From the NCBI RefSeq assembly GCF_026210795.1, contig NC_089431.1, positions 1,364,001 through 1,428,000 of the forward strand: a stretch of DNA of 64,000 bases, in the 5' to 3' direction. Under the pieces are notes generated by a model that was not told the DNA's origin, searched no databases, and worked only from the letters and a program-made list of their open reading frames with translations. The position numbers and the translations under genes were made by a program. Of the stretch, positions 11,150 through 23,450 are shown one piece after another. Source of the DNA: Rhizophagus irregularis. Taxonomy: Eukaryota. Every line of letters starts with the position of its first letter. The first letter of the stretch is position 1.

Positions 11150-12929
11150 CTAATTTCTATTTGGTCCACCTCCTTGTTGTGCATAATTATTATATCGAGG
11201 TGTTCTATTATGTTCTTGTTGATATCTTGAGGGAACTCCTCGTGATCTAGGATTTGATGTTGTTGATGATACTGAAGGTGCAGGAGAATAAGAACGAGCC
11301 GGTGAAGGTGCTCGATATAAATCATGTTCATTATATTTATTTAATGTAGATCTGTTGTTATTTTCACCTTGAGATCCACCATATTCTGAATATTTATCAT
11401 CATCACCATCACTTCTTTCTGAAGGTGCGTAATTAGTATTATTTAATACAGCTCGTGCAACTAAATTATTTTCATGACCGCGCCTTGATGGTGGCGTTTG
11501 TGATCTATTAGGAAGACCGTAAGGATGATATCCTCCGGACCCATAAGATGTTGAATAAGATGAATAAGATGATACATTGGTCATTCCAGACATTACAGAT
11601 GAAACACTATTACGACGCGTCAAAGCTGGATTCGGTTGTTGTCCATTTGGTGGACCATAAGGTTGTACTCTTCCATATCCTGGAGTACCAGGTCTGGGTG
11701 GAGTTCCAGTTCTATATATTGGAGGAGTTCCAGTTCTTGGTGGAGTCCCTGTTCTTGGAGGATAAACTGGAGTACCAGTCCTTGAAGGGACATTAACATT
11801 TGGTGAACCTGGTCTAGAAATGTATGGTGGTGGGACTCCCACATGTGTATAGGCTGGTGCTGGAGGATCGTCAACGACCACAGGAAGTGTAGGTTCTTTT
11901 GGAGGTATAACACCTTTCTTATTTTTCAAATTACTGGGATTACCCTTGGCTAATGCGGCTGCTTCTTTATTTTGTGCGATACGTTTCCTAGATCTAATTT
12001 TAATTAATTCCGCGATTCTATAAATTGATTAATAAATGTATTTAATTAAAATGTTATATACATAAAAAAAAAAAGGATTTGATCATACATACCTTTTATC
12101 TACTTTGTGACAACAATATTCTTTAAGATTTCCTCTAATATGACATAAAAGAGGAATATACAAAACAAACGCTATGCAAAGCATAGAAAATGACAGAATA
12201 AAAACGATGAGTGTAAAGGCCATTAAAGCTACAGCAAATTGTTGAACTACATTATCTCCATAAGCTTTAATATCCCAATATCTTCTTGTATGATTGGATT
12301 GAACGATTGAATAAAGTGTAACAGCATTAACAGCTTGACGTGGTAATTCAGCAAATATAAGACGTTTCCATCCTAAAAGATAAGGAGAGAAATTAAAAAA
12401 AAAATTCCCTTTTAACATGTTAAAATAAATTAATTATAAATTAAATACCTTTAAATGAAAAAAATACAAAAAAAGCCACATCATCAACTAATTTTGTCGA
12501 TTCTTGAATTTGACAAAAGAAACAATAATGTGTGTAACTTCTTAATGTATAATATCTTGTCGCAACAAGACTTGTAAATGTATAAGAAATATCTCTTGAA
12601 GCAACAATTGGTTTAGCCTTCTTAATATCCCAAAGCAAAATAATAAATGACATTAAAATAGCTCCAACAAAAATCCATTTTGAAATATAAATTGGAATTT
12701 TTGGTTTTACGGATGATCCCCACTTATCAAATATTAACAGAATTCCCGCCGTCCATAAGTCAGCAATGTACACCAGTATCGTTTTTAAGACCACAACAAA
12801 GACTAAACAATATTTAAATTTTCTTGCAAATGAACGCTCGTAAAATTCATCTATATCTACAAAGTCAAATTTATGATCTTGAACGACCTTCCTTTCATTT
12901 CGCCATTGTGATTTTTTACAACAACACAT
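11150..12929 (-). CDS. Kch1/Kch2 (Prm6)-family fungal low-affinity K+ transporter, ~542 aa. Exons 12929-12449, 12372-12093, 12017-11150
   Basis: Spliced CDS is 1629 nt in frame. Motifs: QDHKFDFVDIDEF, LKTILVYIADLWTA, YFFSF-like AFFVFFSFKGWKRLIFAELPRQAVNAVTLY and HIRGNLKEYCCHKVDKRI. It has several TM helices and a long Pro/Ser-rich tail. Confidence 0.87.
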
Positions 12930-14922
12930 TTTTTTTATAAATTTTTTTTTATGATATCGGATGGGATGGTATGGTGATTGATTATTTCGAATAAAAGGGT
13001 TAGGGAATAATGGTATATTTTTGAAATGTTATAATTTTTTTTTTCGTTTGTTCTTTAATTATTTGCCAAAAAAAAAAACCAGAAAAAAAAAGGATAAAAA
13101 ATAAAATATCATTCAACAGAAAAACTAGCACTTATTAAGTAAAAGAATGCAAAGTAAGTCTATTTATACGTAGAAGTCTGAACCTTTTTTTTTTTCTATT
13201 AAAAGTCACAAGAAGTTCTGAAAAAGAACAAAAGATCAAACGAAATTTGCGTAAAAAAAATTATTAAAAAACAAATTAAAGAGAGTTAATGATGGTGAGA
13301 TAGAAGAAAAAAAGAGAGGAAGGTATATAAAAAAAAAGGAAGAAAAAAGAACGAAAGGTATTTTTTAAAGGAAATTAATTAATAAATAGAAATTAAAAAA
13401 ACATGCAAAAGGTTTTCTCTTTTTGGTCTTTGTGGGCACACAAAGATTTCCATATTAATATACAAATAATTTAGACCAAAATAAGTGGTTCGAATTATGC
13501 GTTATGTATATGTTTTATTAGTGTAACCTTCGGTTTTAATGTATAAAATCATGTGATTCTTTCGTTTAATTATATAGATTAATTGTTTCAACTTTGTTGT
13601 TCAAATTTTAACTCTGACGATTTATTGTGGCTCATTTGAAACTCATTGTATACCAATATTGTAAACAAACAATATTTTTTTTTTCTTAAAAGGATGGAAC
13701 CATCTCAATCACGGAAATAATTTTCAGTGATTCCATTTGGGCTAATTTCGGTTTCGGAACAAACAAATTTCGCTTGAACATTTATAGCTAATATTAAGTG
13801 GTTTTGCCTGGCCAAAGTTTCAAAAGGACTTTAACCGTTTTAGTTTGAATGGTTGATCTAAAACACCTTCAACAATTTTATTGGATGTCAAAAAAATTGT
13901 GATCCAATCATTTTGGACCTTTGAGGCTGTGCTGATTGATACATTTTTGGTTATTGACATTAATTGAATAATGATCGAACTTTCTTTTTTACAAATATTT
14001 ATTTCTTAATTAATAACTTACTAAATAAGTTATCGCTTGTAACATATATTTTAAGTAGTTCCGCTTTTACATGTACAATCAATTTTCATATTTCTAGTTT
14101 AGTTCCAATCTTTTATGAACGCATATCTCTATAATTGCATTTATTTTTGAAAATTATGTATGGGATCCTTGGAGATGATGCTCATCCTATTGTTATGATA
14201 TACGTTAGCTGAGTACGAATTATTGCATTTCATGAGAAATATATTTGACAAAGGGATGTAATAGACAGCTTTCACCCGTTAATAAAACCTGTTAATTAAG
14301 ATGGTCTTGAATATTTAGAAATTTAAATATTTACGGGTTAACTTTTGGGGAGTTTCCGATAAAGTCCGGTAATTGTTTTTTAATTTAATTCTCTTTAGAA
14401 AATGAAAATGAGAACAAAACCAGTTACTAAAAAAAAATAAAATCATGCGTGGAAACGAATAAATAACTTGAAAATATCGTCTAAAAATTTATTCTTTATG
14501 ATAGAAATTATGGGATGACTTGATGACTTGGTGGTCAATTTATAGTGATCATACAATCTTTTTTTTTTTTAGAGCATTGAAGTTTTAAGAAAAATAAGTT
14601 TATGTAGTTATATTTATTCATAAATTCATAGAATAGGAGTATAAAAGGAAAAGAAAATTTTTCTTTGACCGGAATTCCAAAAAAGGACAGGACTTACGAA
14701 ATCCCGGCGACCAGACCAGAATCCGACTCACAATTATAATAAGGTGACCAATAGGAATTAATGGTACTAATAACGATTGATGTCTCATAAAAATATCGGC
14801 TATTAAAATCCCGCATATTCCTAATCGACTGAACAATAGATTTTGCGAAGTATGATTAATAAATATTAATAAAAATATAATTTTTAAAAATAAAAACATC
14901 GATTTTTGCGAAAATCATATTA

Positions 14923-15089
14923 CAGGTACCGCCCGTTATAACGAACACTCTTCGGGTCATTAATAAATTTTTTCTAATTGTCGTTATAATGTGATTTATT
15001 ATGTTTTATATAACGACATAAAGGAACCCAAAAAATGATATGTCTTATACAATTATATGTCGTTATAACGAGATGTCGGGCGTCACTTG
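14923..15089. mobile_element. 167-bp Tc1/mariner (pogo-like) MITE
   Basis: TA|CAGGTACCGCCCGTTATAACGA ... TCGTTATAACGAGATGTCGGGCGTCACTTG|TA. The TIR is imperfect with a small indel. TA TSD and the palindromic CGTTATAACG occur at both ends. Confidence 0.7.
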
Positions 15090-15629
15090 TATATATAAAA
15101 ATATTTAATTTTTTGGTTAATTACGGCTAATAATAAAAAATATTTTCTTAATGAAGAATTAATAATACTCTCCTTGTTTTTGATATATTGTATCACTTAA
15201 ATTACTGTCTTCTGAAAATAGAAGGTCATATTTTATATACAAATAAAATCTTGTGGAATTTAATAAAAAATTAAAACTATTTGAAATCTATAAAAGTTAA
15301 ATTTTTGAAAAGGATTTGCTAAAAATAAACATCCGCACACATATGGTTTATTTATGACACATCATTTTTACTAACAATAAATTGCCAAGAAACATTGGAT
15401 TATTTTGTCAATACCGATAAAATTGTGAACAACTAAACCAATCGTATACATCTTCTAAATTAATTACCTCCTAAATTAATTATCAATACTTTTACTTTTT
15501 TTAAAATATAAATTAAAAAATAAATTCCCTTTCTATTTTTTGTGTAAAATATTATTAGAAAAATCTTTTCATTCCAATAAGATAAAAATACAATAATATA
15601 AAAAATACAATAATGTTATATATACATAC

Positions 15630-15700
15630 CGATCCATGTTCGAGAAAATATGCCAAGATCATATGTTCAAGCATGTGATCAATGTCAAAGAAGAGGAAAA
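15630..15700 (+). mobile_element. Fragment of a Gypsy/Ginger-type integrase zinc-binding domain
   Basis: Reads SMFEKI... then YVQACDQCQRRGK, the CxxC half of an integrase H2C2 finger. The sequence between them is deleted. Confidence 0.6.
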
Positions 15701-15781
15701 TTTCTTAATTCTCGTTCATATTTTGGATTTTCATTTACCAACTGTCTAATAGTTATACTTGCTCTCACGTTTTTCAATATT

Positions 15782-15890
15782 ACGTGATATTCAACTTAGT
15801 TTAAGTATTTGTGAACGTACTGAAATTACCACAATGTTATGAAAAAGTGTTGGGATGAAGACCCATTAAAAAGACCATCTTCTGAAGAAA
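15782..15890 (+). pseudogene. Fragment of a tyrosine-kinase-like protein kinase C-lobe
   Basis: DIQLSLSICER-EI...QC...MKKCWDEDPLKRPSSEE is a subdomain X-XI pattern with deletions and frameshifts. Confidence 0.8.
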
Positions 15891-15914
15891 GTCCCCAGAA
15901 GAAGACTATGGACA

Positions 15915-16390
15915 CATACTGGTTAGAACGAGATTTTGGTGGCGGTGGATGGATCCATAGTGTCGCTTTTTCACCTAGCGGTGAAGCTTTAGCTTTCGCA
16001 GGTCATGACTCTGAAATTAGTATTGCTTATCCTGGGGTGCTATTAAAAACATTAGGTTAACTGGTTTACCGTATCTAAGTTTACTCTGGACATCTGAAGA
16101 AAAAATAATTGCAGCTGGCTATGATTGTGCACCTGTGTTATTTGAAAAAGCTAACAAAGAATGAAAATAATCAAGAATAATTGATGCTGGAAAAAAAAAG
16201 TCATGGGCGAGTCAACTGCCTTTAATAGATTTCACGATTGGGACTCAAAAGGTCGTGGTGGTATTGAAGATTCTGAATTGAATACTATTCATCAAAATAC
16301 TTCAATTCGACATTATGCAGGGAACATGTGAAAACGTAACATTTGGGATTTAGAAAGTTTGAAACCCAATTTAGAAACTTAAAAGTAGAT
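15915..16390 (+). pseudogene. ARPC1: 3' half of ARPC1/Arc40 (Arp2/3 complex WD40 subunit), disabled
   Basis: GGGGWIHSVAFSPSGEALAFAGHDSEISIAYP / LPYLSLLWTSEEKIIAAGYDCAPVLF / STAFNRF..DSKG...LNTIHQNT / WDL. It has in-frame stops and frameshifts and no N-terminal half. Confidence 0.87.
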
Positions 16391-16445
16391 TCATAATTTT
16401 TTTCTAATTTTGGGTGTATAATCCGAGTTTTTAATTAATCAAATA

Positions 16446-16578
16446 CCATATTTTGCGGATAGTAAGCACCCCGAAAATAAGCACATCTGGCCAAAATTAT
16501 GGCGACTTTGGCCAGAATTATGAGGATCTTGACCAGAATTAGGTGCAAAAAGGGGGGCTTATATACCGCAAAATTCGG
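16446..16578. mobile_element. Degenerate pogo-like MITE with internal ~20-bp tandem repeats
   Basis: Left TA|CCATATTTTGCGGATAGTAAGCACCC versus right reverse complement CCGAATTTTGCGGTATATAAGCCCC. Three internal GGCCAGAATTATG-type units. The right TA is mutated to TT. Confidence 0.6.
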
Positions 16579-16686
16579 TTTTATTCTAAGAATTTTTTAA
16601 GTTACGTTGGTTTTCTAATAGTTGTAGGAATTGATTTTGGAAAGGCCAGGTAATTATAATAAAATTTTCTTTAATTAATTTAATTA

Positions 16687-17092
16687 ATGTTTACAATTAC
16701 ATTCTAAATCTTAATTCAAAATTACTACGGAATTTTTGTTCGCTCAACAACCAATAGTTTGAACTACTCTATTCAACTAATAGTTCAGCAATACATCAAA
16801 TTACAAACTTTAATGGTTTGGGCCAGCATATTTTCTTTCAAGATTCGGCTTTCTTTCTGTCATCAATTAATGTTATTCCAAATAGGACATACGCTAGCGC
16901 TACCAAAAAATCAATTACGTATTCGTGTAATTGAATTTTATAGATGGGATCCTTCACCTCACGAAGTTATTCGTATTGAATATGATCCAAATCGTTCTTC
17001 TCATTTGGCTTTGTTACGAAATACAATCAATGAGACATATTCTTATGTTATTGCTCCATATAATCTTCAACCTGGTACTATTCGTAGCAGCC

Positions 17093-17124
<32 letters not shown>

Positions 17125-17682
17125 ATAAGTGTCGCTATTATAAGATCATTTCGTCAATCTCCAAATAGTGAAAGTGTTCAAACTTTACAAGATTTTGAGA
17201 TAACAAAGTTATACCTATAGAAAAAGGTAATTGTATGCCATTAAAATTAATTCCGGTTGGGACTACAATAAATTGTATTGGATTAAAACCTGATGGTCCT
17301 GCAATATTATGTCGTTCGGCTGGAGTTTCTGCTCAATTGGTTCGTACAGGTGAGAAAGGTTATGCACAAGTAAAATTAAAAAGTGGTGAAGTTAGGTTGA
17401 TACATGTGGATTGTTGTGCCACGATTGGAACTATTTCAAATCTTGATCAACAACATGAAAAGCAGGTAGAAGTAGATGGTTATGTGTTAGACCAACTGTT
17501 AGAGGTGTTGCAATGAATGCTGTTGATCATCCTCATGGTGGTGGAAGAGGTAAAAGTAAAGGAAATAGATATCCTGTAAGTCTTTGGGGTGTTTTAGCTG
17601 GTTTTAGCTAAGGGTGGTAAAACCGTGGTAAACCAGAAAGAAACCAAATAAATGGGTTATTAAACCTAGACAGAGAAGATAA
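16687..17682 (+). pseudogene. RML2: Mitochondrial ribosomal protein uL2m (RML2-like) pseudogene
   Basis: RIRVIEF...VIRIEYDPNRSSHLALL; GNCMPLKLIPVGT...CRSAG...VKLKSGEVR...[37 protein letters not shown]; ends KPRQRR* at 17682. It has multiple frameshifts, stops and deletions. A presequence-like remnant (LLRNFCSL...NRTYASATKK) lies upstream. Confidence 0.9.
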
Positions 17683-17817
17683 AATAAAATATCGATTTTT
17701 TACAAGTTATATGATTGAATTGTTATTATGATTAATAAAATCAAATTGCATTTATCTCAAATAAATGCGATTTCATACTCATCATTAAATTTTTTAATAG
17801 GCTTTTTTTAAAAAATT

Positions 17818-17947
17818 CGATGTCGGACAAAATCCCGACATCCATTTTCCCGACAGGACGTTTGCCCGACACCGTTGGCCTACATTAGTTTTAATGCTGG
17901 TCAAAGTTGTCGGGAAAATGTCCTGTCGGGAAATCGTCTGTCGAGAT
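17818..17947. mobile_element. Small foldback element with repeated CCGACA/TGTCGG subterminal units
   Basis: TTTCCCGACAGGACGTTTGCCCGACACCGTTGGCC is mirrored by GGTCAAAGTTGTCGGGAAAATGTCCTGTCGGGAAA. No TSD resolved. Confidence 0.6.
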
Positions 17948-19673
17948 AGGAGTTAAATTATGGAGATACGGATCTACTGCTCTACGCAAGAAAAAGTAGA
18001 GAAGCGAAGTTAATAAGCACTGTCAACGAAGCAGACAAGTATTTAAAAAGATTTAAAAGTTTAGTAAATTACAAAAAAAGGTTTGATGTTAAAAAGAATT
18101 AATTAAATTACATTCTGTATATGTTATTTATATAAATATTATAAAATACATAAAGAAGAAGGAAGAAGAAAAAAAAAGAATATTTATAATTTTTTTTATA
18201 TTTAAAAAAAATTTATGTAAAATTCCATTTCATAATTTACAGAATGTATAAATTATAAAGATGTTTGTAAATAAAACTCTATATTAACAATGTCTTTTGA
18301 TTAAAGTGAAAACCAATATGGTAAACAAGAACCCATGTAAATCTATAAAAATAATTAATTAATATGAAATAAAATATCATTTATTTGATCAAGAATAAAA
18401 AAAAAAATATTAAAATAAATTTTTACCAAATGCTTTTTCAGGATTACAATGACATTTTCCCTCTTCATGAACATCTTTCTCAATGGAATGGGACAATGTT
18501 CAAAAGGATCATGTCTGTACGATGATATATCATTAAAAAAAATGTATTTGATTTTTTTCTAGGAATAAAGCGAGTGCAATTGTATAAACTGGTGCATCTC
18601 CCCATTTAATATAATAAATTTTTTTTTTTAAAAAAAAAAGGAGAAAAAAATTTTCTTTGACGGTAAGAAAAATTGTATTACCTTTCATAAAAAAACCCTC
18701 CAGCTTTATCTAAAAATTCAAAAAATTTAATATCATCTTATCATTTGTTTCTATATCGATGATTATCCGTAAAGAAAGTTTGCAAAGTCCGCAACCTTCT
18801 CAACCAGCCATTCAACCAATCGTTTGACCTCCGCAACCAGCTTATAATTTGTAAAAGATTCTCCCGTTGAAATCGGTTTTAACGAAGATAATGTAGCGTC
18901 ATGGAGTGAACCAATCGAAGTCCCTTTTGGAGTTTCCTCGACTCTATTTATAGCTCCATTATCTCCCGTTTTCCATTTCCATATGTTAATCTTTACCAAG
19001 AACTCGAGGGTATTTACATGACTCCCTTAAAACATCTTGTCGATAGAGAGCGCAGGCAATCTCCTTATCACTGATCCTCTATAATTATTCGTGTCGATCA
19101 ACTGAGGTTAGAGATCGAATTGCTAGATATTTTATGTTTTTTCAGTTAAAAGATCTGCTTCGAAATATACTACAGTATATTCATACCCAGTCTAAAGACA
19201 AAATTGATCCGTGAACGAAAATATGACGACACCATCTCCGTCATTTTAAAAAAGAACGGGACAATATTCTTAACTATAGACAAAACAAGGATATTATTAC
19301 CTTGGGGGGAATTTTTGAATATATAATACACCACCTCATGAATTAGTGCCAAGTGAAGCCAAGTGAAACACCATATCATAAATTAGTTATAAAAGTCAAA
19401 GCGGACTGATATATCTTAAGAGTATAAAATACAACTGGATAATATAAAATAAAATTTTTGAATTTGAGCGTCAAGAATTGAGGGTTTCTTTTGGCACTAT
19501 TGATGATTGCTGTTTAACATGCAAGAGTTCTCACTTCAATTATGTGAAAAAATATATCAGATAAAACAAATGGATATTTGTATAGATAATTTTTATAAAG
19601 AATTGAAACCTTGATAACAACAAATCAGTTAACCTCATGTATAAAAAAGTTCTGGGTTTAAATTTATTCATTA

Positions 19674-19939
19674 GCAGAGTTTATGGATTATTATATTGAC
19701 ATCCAGCAAAGTTTATGGAATATTATATTGACATTCAACAAAGTATATGGATTATTATATTGACATTCAACAAAACAAAGTTTATGGAATATTATATTGA
19801 CATTCAACAAAACAAAGTTTATGGATTATTATATTGACATTCAACAAAGTATATGGAATATTATATTGACATTCAACAAAGTTTATGGAATATTATATTG
19901 ATATTCAACAAAGTTTATTGGAATATCATATTGACATTA
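19674..19939. repeat. Minisatellite, 8 copies of a ~32-bp unit
   Basis: Consensus ACAAAGTTTATGGAATATTATATTGACATTCA. Two copies carry an extra ACAAA. Confidence 0.92.
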
Positions 19940-20345
19940 TGTATTAAAGAATCACTACTACTAGGCTTGATAATAATGCCTTACTCAATTATCTTTGACG
20001 AATGCACAAGGATATTAAGGATATTTAAAAAAGGAATGTTTCGATCACATATCTTGAGTTAAAATATGAAAAGCCATTTTCACTGTATTTTTCATATAAA
20101 AAGCATTAGAATTATGATCTAAAGCTTGCAAACAGAGACTGACATTATGTATAAAGAATCATTAGACTACTGTCATTATACCCGTGAACAGCTTGGAAGA
20201 TCAACTTGCATCCACACATGAAACTCGTATAGTACGCCTGAACAGTCTTGATAATGTCTTTCCTATTATCCTTGACGATGCATATCTTGAGCTAAAATAT
20301 GTAAAGTCATTTTCATTCATTGTATTTTTCATATAAAAAGCATTA
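19931..20345. repeat. Diverged tandem duplication of a ~180-200-bp block
   Basis: TGACATTATGTAT(T)AAAGAATCA ... CATATCTTGAGYTAAAATATG ... TGTATTTTTCATATAAAAAGCATTA occurs at ~19931-20108 and ~20140-20345. Confidence 0.8.
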
Positions 20346-21304
20346 CTTTTATTGAAAAAAAAAAATGTAGAAGTTAAACCTTTTAAAGTTTTCCGTTTGT
20401 TTTGTCCTTCGAAACTTCTTTATTAAACGAAACATCATTACTTGGAGGTTCGAACGTAGGTTGGATCACTCATAATTTTGGTATACTTATAGTTTAGTTT
20501 ACGCAAATTAAACCTATTTGTTTTCTTTTTTTTGCTCACAAAAATTAGATATACAGTAGATATTACATAATTCCTACCTCCTTCTTGGACACATTCATTT
20601 TGAACGCCACAACGCCACAATAAAGTTCAAAAAAATTGAAATTGCGATTGATAAGAAAAATTAATAATTTTTTCTTGATACAGCTTAATATAATTTGTTT
20701 CATTCATTCAATAATTTTTTTTGTTCATATTATGATGGTTACCGCAAAGTCATAAGCCAAGGATTAGTATGTATAGGCAGTGCTGAAATTCATGAGCAAT
20801 TGAACATGATACATTACAATTAAAGAAATAGATAATGAAACGCACAGTTGAGATGCATGCACATTAGGAGCATTATTCAAGACAAAAAAAAACCATCGAC
20901 AAAAATATATATTTATTGTGAAAGCATGGAGTTGGCGTAATTTTTAACATCACATCATCACATGTTAGAAGCACTAATCAAACTACCAGATAAGTTTACT
21001 GTAAAACATGGGGTCGGCTATCACATGTCGTGAGCAATTCAACATATGGATTAGGGTCGGCATAGATTTTCATAGTAGGGAACTTACGGGCGGGTTATAA
21101 TGAGGATAATTATCTAGGTAACTTAGCGTAGGACTATAATTATATTAAAAAACTTATCGAAATTGAGAACATACATTTTGTATACTCATTTTTAGTTATA
21201 ATTGAGGAACACACATGTAATTAATGATATTATATTTAAATAAATCCTAAATTTAAACTTCAAACTTAGTTATTTTAACTTACTCTTTATATAACTAAAT
21301 TTTT

Positions 21305-21520
21305 GTTAATTTATGAGTGTTACTTTTTTTAAATTTTGCGAGTGTATAATTTTGCGAGTGTTTAATTTACGAGTGTTTAATTTTACGAGTGTTTTAATTT
21401 TACGAGGGTTTAATTTTTAATTTTACGAGAGTGTTACTTTAATTTCACGAGTGTTACTTTAATTTTGCGAGAGTGTTACTTTAATTTTACGAGCGTATTA
21501 TTATGAGCGTGTTACTTATT
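21305..21520. repeat. Degenerate tandem repeat, ~17-22-bp unit
   Basis: Repeated AATTTTRCGAGTGTT(ACT)TT. Confidence 0.85.
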
Positions 21521-22422
21521 ATTCAAATTTCAAAATATTACGTATTCATAATATCAAAACATTTAATTATTAATATTTTGTCAAATAGATAATGTTTGTA
21601 ATATAAATTTTTTTTAAATATTTTGTAAATAATTATATAATTTTTAAATATTATGTTATCTGTTATACATTACATAAAAAAAAAAGGTTATTCAAGCACG
21701 TAAAGTACGTAAAGATCGTAACGATTCGGACAATTAAAAAAAATTCTTGTAACAATGTTAATAATCATTTAGTAATACGAATTTATTCGTTTGTAAACCA
21801 AAATACGTAATTCGGTAAACCGAACAATTGTAATTTTAACAATATCAGATATTAATAATAATCATTAATCAATGGTTTCTCAATGGTCAGACAAAGAGAA
21901 ATAACTAGGTAACTCGGAATCTCGGATAATTAAATTTCTATATAATTTAATCAATGTTTTGGTCATACGAAAAATGATGAAAAAAATTTATTCGTTGTTG
22001 AATTTAATCGATTATAATTAGCACGTAACATCGTAACTAGGTAACTCGAAACAATTAATTTCTTGTAATTTTATAACCTATCGATCGTGACGATTTAACA
22101 CGTGATTTGACCAATATTTTCACGATCATATTGGTCGTACGAAAAGGGGGGATAGAACAACGACTGATATTTGTTAGTGAAATATGTCAAAAAAATTCAA
22201 ACCGATAACGTAATGATTTGTAATATGACTTTAAAAAAATAATTTACTGATTTTATTTAATGAAATACATTAATTTTTTTTTTCTATCTAAAAAATCTAA
22301 AATATAAATATAAATAATATAAATAATATAAATAATAATATTATTCTAAGAATCTTCTAAAATTGTAAAAAAGAATTTTGTATTTAATAACTCTAAAATT
22401 CTATATATCAAATATATATTTT

Positions 22423-23450
22423 TCAAATATTCAAGAAGTAACACCCCAAAGAAGTTGCGATGACCAAGATTAATGATATAATGAGTGTAACAACGAAACG
22501 TTTTCCGACCTTTTTCCATGATTCTAAAATAAATAAAAAAAAAATTAAAATTAAAAAATAAATATACAAGTTTGTTACACCAACTTACGTGAATTTGGCT
22601 GAAGCAATAAAAGTTGTAGTTGTATTTGTCGTTCAAGATTATTATTTTGAATTTCATTTTTTTCTTTATTACTAGAACCATCAGATAGATTATCTAATAA
22701 TTTCGAACATCTTTGAATAGATCTTAAATTCATTTCTCTTCTATCAACAAAAAGACTTTTATCTTTTTCATCATTATTAAATAATTTTAAATTTCTTTGA
22801 TTAAATTCTATTGAAATATCAAAATCTAAATTATTTTTGTTCATGACATCATTTATTTCTTTATAATTTGGATACATTAATTCAAAAACTTTTTCAGAAC
22901 ATAAAGAGATTTTCTCAAAAATTTGTTTTTCATCATCAGTTATAATATTCCATCTTTCCAAATAATTAATCATGCAAGAAGAAGAATCCAAATGTTTCGA
23001 ATACATTGGACAAGTTTCATAATAACAAGGTTCTAAATTCTTAATAAAAATCTCTTGAACGGAATCAGGTTTATAATAATAACCGAGACCATGACATTTA
23101 AATTGAGGAATAATAAGTTCATAAAGATTAGAATGTAATAAAATTGATTCTTCAATTTTCTTTCGAATATCAGATGAGATAATAGAATTGATAATTTCAT
23201 CTAATTTATCTTTATTGAGAAGAACATGTTCCTCGGTGCAACCTTGTACGTGAGATTCAAAGGATATCCTGTATAAACGAGTAAAAAATTCTGTAATTCG
23301 TTGATCTTTCTCTCGGTCGGTATGTTTAAAAAATTTATATTGTCTTTTATTATTATTATTATTATTTTCCAAATCTTTTCTTGGACATAATGAGAATTTG
23401 ATTTGAATATCGGAAGAAGAATCTTGTTGAGGCGAAGTAATAGTGGTCAT
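22423..23450 (-). CDS. Unknown protein, ~320 aa, with a C-terminal transmembrane anchor. Exons 23450-22589, 22523-22423
   Basis: The 291-codon ORF has a GTAAGT donor at 22588. The poly-T/AG acceptor gives the in-frame exon QSWKKVGKRFVVTLIISLILVIATSLGCYFLNI* (963 nt total). Confidence 0.78.

Noticed and set aside
15839..16060. 73-aa ORF as a functional gene
   Set aside because: It is a junction of kinase and ARPC1 fragments followed by stops and frameshifts, so I treated it as a pseudogene mosaic.
17742..17775. Hairpin as a Helitron 3' end for the mosaic
   Set aside because: AT-rich stem with no CTRR terminus at the expected distance, and no 5' TC end identified.
18230..19100. Exon-like pieces and the 78-aa ORF 18763-18999
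   Set aside because: Splice-like signals exist, but I could not build a consistent frame or recognise a family. Probably a decayed relic.
19674..19939. 32-bp repeats as a CRISPR array
   Set aside because: Units are head-to-tail with no unique spacers, there are no cas genes, and the context is eukaryotic.
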